64,000 nucleotides of DNA. Source: Myxococcota bacterium (GTDB taxonomy: Bacteria > Myxococcota > XYA12-FULL-58-9 > JALHOP01). Of the stretch, positions 55,796 to 64,000 are shown piece by piece. Position numbers and translations under genes: made by a program. Numbering within the stretch: the stretch's first letter is position 1; each line of letters opens with the position of its first letter. Location of the stretch: NCBI GenBank assembly GCA_041288095.1, contig JBGGMJ010000022.1, positions 21,754 through 85,753 of the forward strand, written 5' to 3'. The notes under the pieces were generated by a model, which ran no database searches, was not told the origin of the DNA, and saw nothing but the letters and a program-made list of their open reading frames with translations.

Positions 55796-57511
55796 ATGAG
55801 GATTGGCGACGGCAACAGGCCGGCCAGCGTCGGTGCGAGCGGTAGCCAAGTGGCCGGAAACGGCGCCCAGAGCGTGCCCGCACAGGCGATTTCCGACCCC
55901 CGGCCGGCCCCACGCTTCGTGAGCGAGCCGCGAACGACCAGCGGTGCCCGGCGTGTGACGCTCCCAACCGCGACCCTGCCCGCCGACAGCTACGCCATCC
56001 CCGCGCAGCTCTTTCGCGAGATGGCGCCGCTCTATCGCGCCTCGAAAGAAGAGGGTGCTATTCGCGACTATGCGCGGAGCCTCGCGCGCACCGCCAACAT
56101 CGAGCTCTGGGCCGGGAAGCTCGAGATTCGCGGGCCCGACCGCGCCGGCAACATTGCTATCAAGGTGCCCGGCACTGGCCGATTCGCCAAAGCGGACAGG
56201 CCGGTCGTGGCTCTGCAAGCGCACATGGACATGGTGCTCGCCGCCGACGCCGTGCCCCCCGGCGGCGACCTCAAGGCTTACTTCAAGGCGAACCCGGTCA
56301 AGTTGACCGAGGTCGACGGCGTGCTGCGATCGACGGAGCCACGCACGAGCATCGGCGCCGATGATGCGATCGGCGTCGGTCTGGCCCTGCGGTACGTCAT
56401 GGATCCACGCATCGAGCACCCGCCGCTCGATATCTTGCTGACCACCAGCGAAGAGCAGGGTCTCACCGGGGCCCGTGAGCTCGAGCACGAGGCGATGGGC
56501 TTCGCACCCGACGTGCTGGTGTCGCTCGACGCCCTGGACAAGAAGAACGAAGGCTTACTCACCGTCGGCTCGCTCGGCGGCCGTTCCAACGTCTTCACCG
56601 GGTCCGTGGCGACGACACCCGTGGGGTGGACCGAGCGTGCCGTCGAAGTGGTCGCGACCGGTCTCACCGGCGGGCACTCCGGCACCGAAATTCATCTACC
56701 ACGTGGCAACGGTGTGGTCTGGGCGGCCGAGCTGCTCAAGGCGGCGCGCGCCGTGGCCCCGGCTCTGCGCTTGTCCACGATGGCGGTCGGCGACGCGCTC
56801 AACAAGATCCCGGCGAGCGGCAAGGTCGTGATCGTTGGTCCGATGAGCGCTCCTTTTTCGGAGGTCCGTGCCGCGGTGGAGAAGCGCTTCAAGGAGCTCT
56901 GCGACGCCTCGGGCGAAAAGAACGCCGTCATGACCGCGCAGCAGGTCAAAAAGCCCGAGACGGCCATGACCGTCGAAGCGACCGAGCAGCTCACCAGCGC
57001 CATCCTGGCGACGCCGAACGGGGTGATTCACCGCGCCGATCCGAACGGCCCCGAGCTCCCTAATGGTGTTCGCACCTCGTCGAACCTCGCCCGCTTCTTG
57101 CTCGCCGACGGCAAGCTCGAGCTTGGCGTCATGAGCCGCTCCTTCGACGGTCCCGAGCTTCAGGCGACCGCGCGGCGCATCGCCGACAGCTTGAGCAGGG
57201 GCTTCGCGGCGTCGCCGCAGCTCACATCGTCTGGTTACGATCCCTGGCTCGAAGACACGCGCGGGGCGTTGGTGACGCGAGTCCTCAACGAGGCACGCAT
57301 CGACGGCAAGCCGGCGTTCACCCGGGTCGGCTTCGGCAACTTCGGCATCGAGACCAACATCTGGCGTGGCATCTTCCCGAGCTTGCCGATGCTGGCCATC
57401 GGCGCCGACACCGACGGCGAGCACTCGTCGCGTGAGCAAGTCTCGCTGGCGTCGATCGCCATGACCGCCAAGCGCTTGGACGCGTTGCTACAGGTGCTCG
57501 CCTCGCCGTAG
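55796..57511 (+). CDS. pepD: M20 family PepD-like dipeptidase with N-terminal extension
   Basis: LQAHMDMV, GADDAIG, SEEQG, SLD, GGHSG, TSSNL, GIET and HSSRE motifs; about 65 extra low-complexity N-terminal residues. Confidence 0.8.
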   Translation: MRIGDGNRPASVGASGSQVAGNGAQSVPAQAISDPRPAPRFVSEPRTTSGARRVTLPTATLPADSYAIPAQLFREMAPLYRASKEEGAIRDYARSLARTANIELWAGKLEIRGPDRAGNIAIKVPGTGRFAKADRPVVALQAHMDMVLAADAVPPGGDLKAYFKANPVKLTEVDGVLRSTEPRTSIGADDAIGVGLALRYVMDPRIEHPPLDILLTTSEEQGLTGARELEHEAMGFAPDVLVSLDALDKKNEGLLTVGSLGGRSNVFTGSVATTPVGWTERAVEVVATGLTGGHSGTEIHLPRGNGVVWAAELLKAARAVAPALRLSTMAVGDALNKIPASGKVVIVGPMSAPFSEVRAAVEKRFKELCDASGEKNAVMTAQQVKKPETAMTVEATEQLTSAILATPNGVIHRADPNGPELPNGVRTSSNLARFLLADGKLELGVMSRSFDGPELQATARRIADSLSRGFAASPQLTSSGYDPWLEDTRGALVTRVLNEARIDGKPAFTRVGFGNFGIETNIWRGIFPSLPMLAIGADTDGEHSSREQVSLASIAMTAKRLDALLQVLASP

Positions 57512-58312
57512 AGCGGCGATGTAGTGCTGGAAGGTGAGGGCGGTGTTTTTCGCGCGCGCTTCACCGTACGCTCGATTCAGCTCACGCTTGGCGGTGAAGC
57601 CTTGGTGAGCGCGCGGCCGCGTTGTCGGCGATAGCGGAATCATCGGCAACATGGTCAAGATGAGGCCGTAGTGCTCGTCGTAACGCGCGGCGGGGTCGGC
57701 TGTGTGGCTCATGGAGCCGTCGACGACGCGGTACTCCGACAATGCCTCGCCGACTACGGGCAGTGGTCCCAAGCGATCGATGAGCTGGAGATTGGCGACG
57801 ACGTCCTCGGCGAGGTCGATGCCGTCGACGCGGGTGATGGCGCAATCACGACGCACCAGAGGTGTCAGGGGCGTCGCGCTCTCGAACAGCCCATCCAGGT
57901 CGACCAGCGTCTGGCCGCCGAGGGCCGTGTAAAGCAGGGAGTCGTCGCGGTCGTCGATGACATCGACGGCATCGAACGCGGCGCCGTGGTGGCGTGCGAG
58001 CGGCAGCAAGCGCGCGATCTTCTCGGGACGCATCACGTCATCGGCATCGAAATGTGTCACCAGCTCGCCGTGCGTGCCGCGGAGGCCGAGATTGCGGGCC
58101 CGGTGGCAGCCGCTTCCGTTCTTGCCGGTGGAGAGTTGCCGCAAGCGCGGGTCGGTGATGCTCCGCTCCGACAGCAGCGCGACATAGTCACGGCCATCGT
58201 CGGAGACGATGATGACCTCGAGGTCGCGATGGGTCTGTGCGAGCGCGCTGCGCACTGCTCTCGCGATGGTGGGCTCGGCGTTGAACGCCGGGATGACGAT
58301 CGACACCAACAT
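57488..58312 (-). CDS. GT2 family glycosyltransferase
   Basis: VSIVIPAFN, SDDG, ARNLG, DADD and ED motifs. Confidence 0.9.
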   Translation of the reverse strand: MLVSIVIPAFNAEPTIARAVRSALAQTHRDLEVIIVSDDGRDYVALLSERSITDPRLRQLSTGKNGSGCHRARNLGLRGTHGELVTHFDADDVMRPEKIARLLPLARHHGAAFDAVDVIDDRDDSLLYTALGGQTLVDLDGLFESATPLTPLVRRDCAITRVDGIDLAEDVVANLQLIDRLGPLPVVGEALSEYRVVDGSMSHTADPAARYDEHYGLILTMLPMIPLSPTTRPRAHQGFTAKRELNRAYGEARAKNTALTFQHYIAALRRGEHL

Positions 58313-59055
58313 CAGGGGCGGATCGCCGCGTAGGGTCGCAAAGCGCCGTTGATCTTGATGAGGCTGATGAGCACCGGCGAGCCGCCGATCTTGAACGTCT
58401 CGCGTGTCCCCTTCTTCATCGCCACCGCGAGGTGTTGATAGGCCTCGAGGCTCACGAAGAACGTCTTGTCGTCGGGCAAGGGCGATACCGCGGCCTTGGC
58501 GAGCATCGCGCGCAACGCTTCGGCATCACGTTTTCGTAGGGCGTCGGCCTTGACCATGGGGAAGAGGCGCTCCGTTTCAGCGTACGACTCCGCCAGCTGC
58601 TCCACGTACCCGTCGACATCTTTCGCGACGAGCATGGCGTGCAGCTCTCTCACCTTGGCGCGATAGGTAATCTCGGCCTCGTAGTCGAGCGCCGCTCCAA
58701 GCCGCCACAGTGGCTCACGCAACGACTGGGGCACCGTGAAGACCGCGCCGCCTCGCTTCAGGGTGGCGATGACCTGACCATCGTCCTTTTCCCAGCTTCG
58801 CGAGTCATTGCGACCGACCACCAGCATGACGCGGGCCATGAGCTTCGGCGCCTTCTTCTTGGCATCGAGCGGCTCGATGAAGACGTGATTCGCGCCGGGG
58901 ACCACGTAGTGCTCGATGGGGACGCGCTTGGCCGTAGGTTCTTCCACGCGCACACCGTTGACGACCAGGCGCACGGGCCCGTCGTACTCGACGGCCAGCA
59001 CGTACGTCTCGAACGTCGCCGGCGCGGCGATCAGCAATGCGAGCGCGAAAACCAC
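58312..59055 (-). CDS. hypothetical protein, probably secreted
   Basis: Short hydrophobic leader; abuts the GT2 gene. Confidence 0.6.
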   Translation of the reverse strand: MVFALALLIAAPATFETYVLAVEYDGPVRLVVNGVRVEEPTAKRVPIEHYVVPGANHVFIEPLDAKKKAPKLMARVMLVVGRNDSRSWEKDDGQVIATLKRGGAVFTVPQSLREPLWRLGAALDYEAEITYRAKVRELHAMLVAKDVDGYVEQLAESYAETERLFPMVKADALRKRDAEALRAMLAKAAVSPLPDDKTFFVSLEAYQHLAVAMKKGTRETFKIGGSPVLISLIKINGALRPYAAIRP

Positions 59056-59061
59056 GATGCG

Positions 59062-59499
59062 TCAGGGCTCGTCGCCGTGGCAGACCATCTTCTTCACGTC
59101 GTCTTTTACCCACTTGTTCTTGGTGAGGTCGACGTGCCACGACTCGCTGGGCTTCCATTCGGGAAGCTCGCCGATGGCCGCTTTGGCGTGCGCAAGCACC
59201 GCGTGGTTCATGAGCAGCGCGTCGCCCGTCGTGCCTTTGACGACGCAGGTCGCGCCGTCGAAGAACCAGGTTTGGTTCGCGATTGGGGCGGTCACTTGCA
59301 CGCGGTGCACTTCGTTCCACGCGGCGTCGGCGTTCGTCCGCCGCCAGAAGACGAGCGAGCGCTGACCGGCGCACTCGAGCACCGCCACCTTGGTGTTTTC
59401 GTAGCCGATGTCACCGTTCGGGCTGAAGCGCGCGTGGGCGTCGCGCAGCTCGCGGCAATCGGGAGCGAAAAGAACCAGCATTGCTACGACGTATCCCAT
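59062..59499 (-). CDS. hypothetical protein, probably secreted, four Cys
   Basis: GGAG RBS; short hydrophobic leader. Confidence 0.6.
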   Translation of the reverse strand: MGYVVAMLVLFAPDCRELRDAHARFSPNGDIGYENTKVAVLECAGQRSLVFWRRTNADAAWNEVHRVQVTAPIANQTWFFDGATCVVKGTTGDALLMNHAVLAHAKAAIGELPEWKPSESWHVDLTKNKWVKDDVKKMVCHGDEP

Positions 59500-59571
59500 G
59501 GGACAATCTCCGTCCGCTTGCCCCTACCAACTCTGTTGGCGCAAAACCACCCCGGGGAACGGAGTCAGACC

Positions 59572-60441
59572 ATGGCACTTTATCTGGGCGTTGATGCGGG
59601 CGGCAGTCACTGTCGGGCGCGGCTCACCGACGAATCGGGCAAGGTGTTGGGGACCGGCACGTCGGGCCCGGCCAACACGCGCATGGGTATCGAGCCGCTC
59701 CACGCGCGCCTCCTCGAGACCTGCGCGCAGGCGACCACCACGGCGAACCTCGCCGCTGGCGACATCGCCAAGGTGCACGTCGGCATGGGCATCGCCGGCA
59801 TCAATCGCATGGGCGCGAAAGCGAAGCTCCGGGCGCTGCCGTTTCCCTTCGCGAGCCTGTCGCTCACCAGCGACGCCGTCATCGCGAACCTGGGCGCTCA
59901 TCTAGGAGCCGATGGCGCGACGCTCATTCTCGGCACGGGTAGCGTCGGCATCATCAAGCTCGGTGAGGACAGCATCAGCATCGGCGGCTACGGCTTCCCC
60001 ATCTCCGACGAGGGGAGCGGCGCCGCGCTCGGGTTGTCGGCGATCCGTCATGCTCTCCGCGCGCTCGACGGGCGCAGCCGCTCGACGCCTCTCAGCCAGG
60101 AAGTAACGCGCCAGTTCGATCACGTCACCGCCCGCATGGTCGCTTGGATGGACGAAGCGACGCCCGCCGACTACGCGACCTTCGCGCCGCTGGTCATGGA
60201 CTACGCCGAAAACGGGGATGAGATCGCCCGCTCGATCGTCAGCGAGGCCGCGGGCCACGTCGAGCGCTTCATCGAGACCATCTACGCGCGCGGCGCCACG
60301 CGCTTGTCTCTCGCTGGGGGCCTCTCGTCGCGGATGAGGCCGTGGCTGCGGGCGCGTATCGTCGACAAGCTCTCGCCGCCCTTGGGTGACCCCTTGGACG
60401 GCGCTTTGCTTCTCGCGGGCCGGCCGGCACCGATGGCCTAG
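59572..60441 (+). CDS. nagK: BadF/BadG family N-acetylglucosamine kinase
   Basis: GVDAGGSHCR, GPAN, GIAG, LGTGS and GGYGFPISDEGSGA; GGAG RBS; nag gene context. Confidence 0.85.
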   Translation: MALYLGVDAGGSHCRARLTDESGKVLGTGTSGPANTRMGIEPLHARLLETCAQATTTANLAAGDIAKVHVGMGIAGINRMGAKAKLRALPFPFASLSLTSDAVIANLGAHLGADGATLILGTGSVGIIKLGEDSISIGGYGFPISDEGSGAALGLSAIRHALRALDGRSRSTPLSQEVTRQFDHVTARMVAWMDEATPADYATFAPLVMDYAENGDEIARSIVSEAAGHVERFIETIYARGATRLSLAGGLSSRMRPWLRARIVDKLSPPLGDPLDGALLLAGRPAPMA

Positions 60442-60447
60442 GTCGGC

Positions 60448-61584
60448 TTAGCGGACACCGTCGATCCAGGTGGCGGTGACCTGCTGCTCGTCGTCGAGAT
60501 GGACGAGGTCTGCCTTGCGCCCGGGCGCGATGATACCGCGCGTATCGCCGATGCCGAGCAGCGTCGCGGGTGTCGCGCTTGCCATGCGTGAAGCGACCGC
60601 GAGGTCGACGCCCATCATCGTGACCGCGTTGCGCACCGCCCCGGCCATGTCGAGGTGCGAGCCTGCGAGCTGACCTTCGGGCCCACGCAAGGCGCCGTCC
60701 GCGACGGTGATGGTCTGGCCGAAGAGCGAGAAGCGCGTGAGGCTCGAGCCGACGGAGGACATGGCGTCGGTGACCAGCATGAGGCCACTGGGCCCGCGTG
60801 TCCGTAGCGCAACGCGTAGGCTCGCCGGCGCGACGTGATGACCGTCCGCGATGATGCCGGAGATGCAGGTGGCGCTCTCGAGCGCTGCTCCGACGACACC
60901 GGGGGACCGACTCTCGAGCTGCGTCATGGCGTTGAAGAGATGCGTGACGCCGCGCAGGCCCTCCGCGAAAGCGGCCTGCATCTGCTCGTAGGTCGCGAGC
61001 GTATGGCCGGCGGCCACGATGACGCCGCGCTCCACCAAGGCGGTGATGAGCCCGGCATCGCAGAGCTCGGGGGCGAGGGTCACCAGCGTCTTGCCCCGCC
61101 TCGACGACGCGAGCAGATCAACGGCGTCGGGATCCAGTCGGCGAAACTTCGCGGCGTCGTGAATGCCGCGCTTCTGCGCGTTCAAAAACGGGCCTTCGAG
61201 GTGAATGCCGAGCACGCCGGGTACCTTGGCCTCGATGGCGGCGTCGACGGCCGCGATGGCCTGGGCGACCTTGTCGAGATCGTCGCTGATTAGCGTCGGC
61301 AAAAGGCCGGTCGTGCCGAAGCGACGGTGCGCCGCGGCGATGGCCCGTACTCCGTCCACGGTGGGGGCGTCGTTCAAGAGCACGCCGCCGCCGCCGTTGA
61401 CCTGCGTGTCGATGAACCCCGGCAACAACGTGCCGCCAGCGAGGACATGGCGAGCCGTGCCCGCGGGCACCTGCGTGGTCGGGAGTACCGCGTCGATGCG
61501 GTCGGCATCGAGGATGAGCGCGTGGTCGTCTTTCCACGCACCGCCCGCAAGAATGCGGGCACCGACGAGAGCCGTGCGTGTCAT
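60448..61584 (-). CDS. nagA: N-acetylglucosamine-6-phosphate deacetylase
   Basis: PGFIDTQVNGGGG, HLEGPF, TLAPE, AGHT, THLFNAM, DGHH and VTDAM. Confidence 0.95.
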   Translation of the reverse strand: MTRTALVGARILAGGAWKDDHALILDADRIDAVLPTTQVPAGTARHVLAGGTLLPGFIDTQVNGGGGVLLNDAPTVDGVRAIAAAHRRFGTTGLLPTLISDDLDKVAQAIAAVDAAIEAKVPGVLGIHLEGPFLNAQKRGIHDAAKFRRLDPDAVDLLASSRRGKTLVTLAPELCDAGLITALVERGVIVAAGHTLATYEQMQAAFAEGLRGVTHLFNAMTQLESRSPGVVGAALESATCISGIIADGHHVAPASLRVALRTRGPSGLMLVTDAMSSVGSSLTRFSLFGQTITVADGALRGPEGQLAGSHLDMAGAVRNAVTMMGVDLAVASRMASATPATLLGIGDTRGIIAPGRKADLVHLDDEQQVTATWIDGVR

Positions 61585-62621
61585 CGCGTCTGTGTCACCT
61601 TGGCCAGATGCGGCGGGTTGTCGGGGTCGTAGCCACGCTTGACCGCTAAAGCGTTCACCATGCGGTAGAAGCTCTGCACCATGACCATGGGGACGAGGGC
61701 GGGATGCAGACCAACCTTCAGGGGCAAGCGAACGGCGCCGCGCGCCCCAACACCCGCGATGGCGACGCGGGCTCCGCGTTCGAGGAACTTGGCGATGAGG
61801 GCCTCGGCGCCGAGGCTGGCCGCGTCGTGCGGCGGGAGCACCAGGAGCGGGAAGCCATCCTTGATGAGCGCCATGGGACCGTGCGCCACTTCGGCCAAGC
61901 TGAACGACTCGCCATGCAAGCCACAGGTCTCCTTGAGCTTCAACGCGGCTTCCTGGGCGACTGCATAGGTCAGGCCACGGCCGAGGACGTACATGCTCTG
62001 AGCCCGCTCGAGGAGGGGCAGCGCCGCCGACCAATCGGCGTTCCAGGCATCGATGAGCGCCTCGTCGAGCCCGGGGAGCGCGGCGCCCAGCTCTCGGTCG
62101 TCCGCCCACTCGGACACGAGGTGTGCGATGGCGCACAAGGTGCCGATGTAGCTCTTGGTGGCGGCGACGCTGGTCTCGGGGCCGGCGTGCACGGGCAAGA
62201 CCACATCCGCGAGCTCGGCCAGCGGGCTGTCGACGTTGTTGGTGACGGCGATGACCAGAGCTCCCGCCGCTTTGACCGCTGTCGCGGACATGAGCAGATC
62301 GGGGCTGCGTCCGGACTGCGAGATGACGATGAACGGCGCGCCGCGGACGTCGAGCGGTGGATCGCCGTACACCGAGATGATCGACGGCGCTTGCGAGACG
62401 GTGGGAATGCGCAAGCGCGTCTCGAAGAGATACTTCGCGAAGGTGGCCGCGTGGTCGGAGCTGCCGCGGGCGCAGGTAAAGATGATCGGCGCCTTGGTGC
62501 TCTTCAAGCGCTTCGCCGTGTCTTGCATGAGAGCGGCGTTGGCGGCGAGCTGAGCACGCACCACCGCCGCGCCTTCGCCCGCTTCGGCGAACATGCGGGT
62601 GTCTTCGGGAGCGAGGCTCAC
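61581..62621 (-). CDS. SIS-domain glucosamine-6-phosphate deaminase (NagB-II type)
   Basis: ARGSSDHAA, SQSGRSPD, AGPETSVAATKSY, EAALKLKET, HGP and PPHLAKVT. Confidence 0.9.
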   Translation of the reverse strand: MSLAPEDTRMFAEAGEGAAVVRAQLAANAALMQDTAKRLKSTKAPIIFTCARGSSDHAATFAKYLFETRLRIPTVSQAPSIISVYGDPPLDVRGAPFIVISQSGRSPDLLMSATAVKAAGALVIAVTNNVDSPLAELADVVLPVHAGPETSVAATKSYIGTLCAIAHLVSEWADDRELGAALPGLDEALIDAWNADWSAALPLLERAQSMYVLGRGLTYAVAQEAALKLKETCGLHGESFSLAEVAHGPMALIKDGFPLLVLPPHDAASLGAEALIAKFLERGARVAIAGVGARGAVRLPLKVGLHPALVPMVMVQSFYRMVNALAVKRGYDPDNPPHLAKVTQTR

Positions 62622-63502
62622 TTCAAGGTCTCGATGGCGCGCCGTAAGTTGTCGCCGTTTTCGGCGAGCGCCTTGCCCGCTTGGGCGGGCTCGATGCCCA
62701 TGGCGATGAGCACCGCTTTCTTGATGTTGCCCGCCGCCGCCTTCACCGCGGCCGTTGCGCTGCCTGCGTCACAGCCGGTCAGTGTCGCCACCATTCCTTC
62801 GGCCCGCGCCTGGAGCTTCGCGTTGGAGATGATCATGTCGACCATCAGCCCGCGGTAGACGCGGCCGCAGCGTAGCATCGTGCCCGTCGACAACAGGTTC
62901 AGGATCGCTTTCTGCGCGGTGCCTGCCTTCATGCGTGTCGAGCCGGCGATGACCTCGCTGCCGGTGACGGCGACGATGGGATACTCGGCGGCCGTGGCGA
63001 GCGGCGTGTCGCGGTTGTTGGCGATGGCGATGGTGAGCGCCCCGGCTTTGCGTGCTTCGGTGATAGCGCCGATGGTGAAGCGCGTGCGGCCGCTGGCGGC
63101 GACTCCGATGACCACGTCGTCCGCGGTGAGCGACAACGCGGCGACCTCTCGGCGCGCCGCATCCGTGTCGTCCTCGGCGCCTTCCACGCTCTTCATGAGC
63201 GCCGGCATACCGCCCGCGATGACGTACGCGGTGCGCTCGTCGGGCCAGCCGAAGGTCGGGCCCAGCTCGACACCGTCCTGGACGGCCAGGCGACCGGAGG
63301 TACCGGCGCCGCAGTAGACGAGGCGCCCTCCGCGCAGCAATCTCTGCGCGGCGGCGTCACAAGCGGCGGCGATCCGTGGCTCCTCGCCTTTGATGGCGGC
63401 GACGGCGGACTCCTGCCCCTCGAGCATCGCCTCGACCGCTTGGACAGTCGGCCAGATGTCGATGTCGACGTAACGCGGATCGACGGTCTCAGTGCTGGAC
63501 AT
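62618..63502 (-). CDS. murQ: N-acetylmuramic acid 6-phosphate etherase
   Basis: GAGTSGRLA, EL.PTFG, EGAED, AASGRT, EVIAGSTRMKAGTAQK and SNAKL; start ATG 63502. Confidence 0.93.
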   Translation of the reverse strand: MSSTETVDPRYVDIDIWPTVQAVEAMLEGQESAVAAIKGEEPRIAAACDAAAQRLLRGGRLVYCGAGTSGRLAVQDGVELGPTFGWPDERTAYVIAGGMPALMKSVEGAEDDTDAARREVAALSLTADDVVIGVAASGRTRFTIGAITEARKAGALTIAIANNRDTPLATAAEYPIVAVTGSEVIAGSTRMKAGTAQKAILNLLSTGTMLRCGRVYRGLMVDMIISNAKLQARAEGMVATLTGCDAGSATAAVKAAAGNIKKAVLIAMGIEPAQAGKALAENGDNLRRAIETLK

Positions 63503-64000
63503 CGGGCCCCTTCTCAACCACGCAGACGAGGAAGGCGACAAGTGTGCCGGCACAAAGCTGCCAAGGGAAGGCAACCCGGCTCCACAGCTGCAGCCCCAGC
63601 ACCACGAGGAAGCCGGCCGCGAGCGCCAGGACCACCGAGCGGTTCGAGCCCCGGTCGGTGAAGACGGCGGTGAAATACACGCCCAAGAGGCCCGCGTACG
63701 CGAAGGCCATGACGCCGAGGACCAGCTCGAGGATGGGCACGTTCGCGTAGCGCTGCCAGTAGAACGACAGCACCGCGACCACGAACATCGCGAGGCCCAT
63801 CAGCGCCATGCCGACGCGGCCGGCGAAGACGAAATGTTTCTCCGCGCGCTGCTTGTGGTGGTGGACACACCACGGCCTGTAGAAATCCTCGACCAGCACC
63901 GACGACATGGCGTTCATCGCCGAGTTGGTGGTGGCTATGGCGGCCGCGATGACGCCGGTGGTCGCGAGCCCGCGCAGGCCGGGTGGGATGCGCGTCAGGA
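63489..64000 (-). CDS. sodium:solute symporter, C-terminal part (5' end outside the window)
   Basis: P.GLRGL...GVIAAAIATTNSAMNAMSSV..EDFY pattern and TM helices; sugar-utilisation context. Confidence 0.8.
   Translation of the reverse strand, partial: LTRIPPGLRGLATTGVIAAAIATTNSAMNAMSSVLVEDFYRPWCVHHHKQRAEKHFVFAGRVGMALMGLAMFVVAVLSFYWQRYANVPILELVLGVMAFAYAGLLGVYFTAVFTDRGSNRSVVLALAAGFLVVLGLQLWSRVAFPWQLCAGTLVAFLVCVVEKGPDVQH

Noticed and set aside
58639-59571. Apparent long N-terminal extension on nagK (600-aa ORF), and similar extensions on nagA, the epimerase, the M1 peptidase and the Mo/W ABC genes
   Set aside because: They overlap other genes, and better starts with an RBS or coupled stop/start exist. 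Unlike the clpX, pepD and glycoside hydrolase leaders, they are ORF-calling artefacts.
1-64000. Prophage, IS elements, tRNA/rRNA and secretion-system structural genes
   Set aside because: No integrase, transposase, phage structural, RNA-gene or T3SS/flagellar core signatures were recognised, and intergenic spaces are short.

Overview
GC-rich bacterial chromosomal segment with about 53 densely packed CDSs. The gene content (PEGA/Ser-Thr kinases, PilZ proteins, MutH, serpin, many lipoproteins) suggests Myxococcota or related deltaproteobacteria; this is an inference. I saw no rRNA, tRNA, CRISPR array, integrase or transposase. Most genes are ordinary: hup, moeA, def, dipeptide epimerase, amidase, hybrid histidine kinase, mutH, M1 aminopeptidase, ABC exporter pair, moaD-moaE fusion, hemW, transporters, GH13, prpC, serpin, Mo/W ABC importer, ArsR + RND pump and a nagK/nagA/SIS/murQ cluster. 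The main observation is a dispersed set of seven transcription units, each preceded by a motif close to CAAC-N14-nnCGAT(A). This matches the spacing and -10 box of sigma-28 (FliA-type) promoters, and I did not find it in the other intergenic regions I checked by eye. All of these units encode proteins without a Sec signal peptide, most with Ser/Thr/Gly/Pro-rich N-terminal extensions. They comprise an orphan ClpX whose zinc-binding domain is replaced, a PepD-like peptidase, an (alpha/alpha)6 glycoside hydrolase-like protein, a tandem pair of membrane proteins built from three copies of one unknown domain, a Pro/Arg/Tyr-rich small protein and two hypothetical proteins. My hypothesis is a co-regulated repertoire of type III (flagellar or injectisome)-exported effectors built partly from repurposed housekeeping enzymes. 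The sigma factor and export machinery are not in this window, so this is untested.
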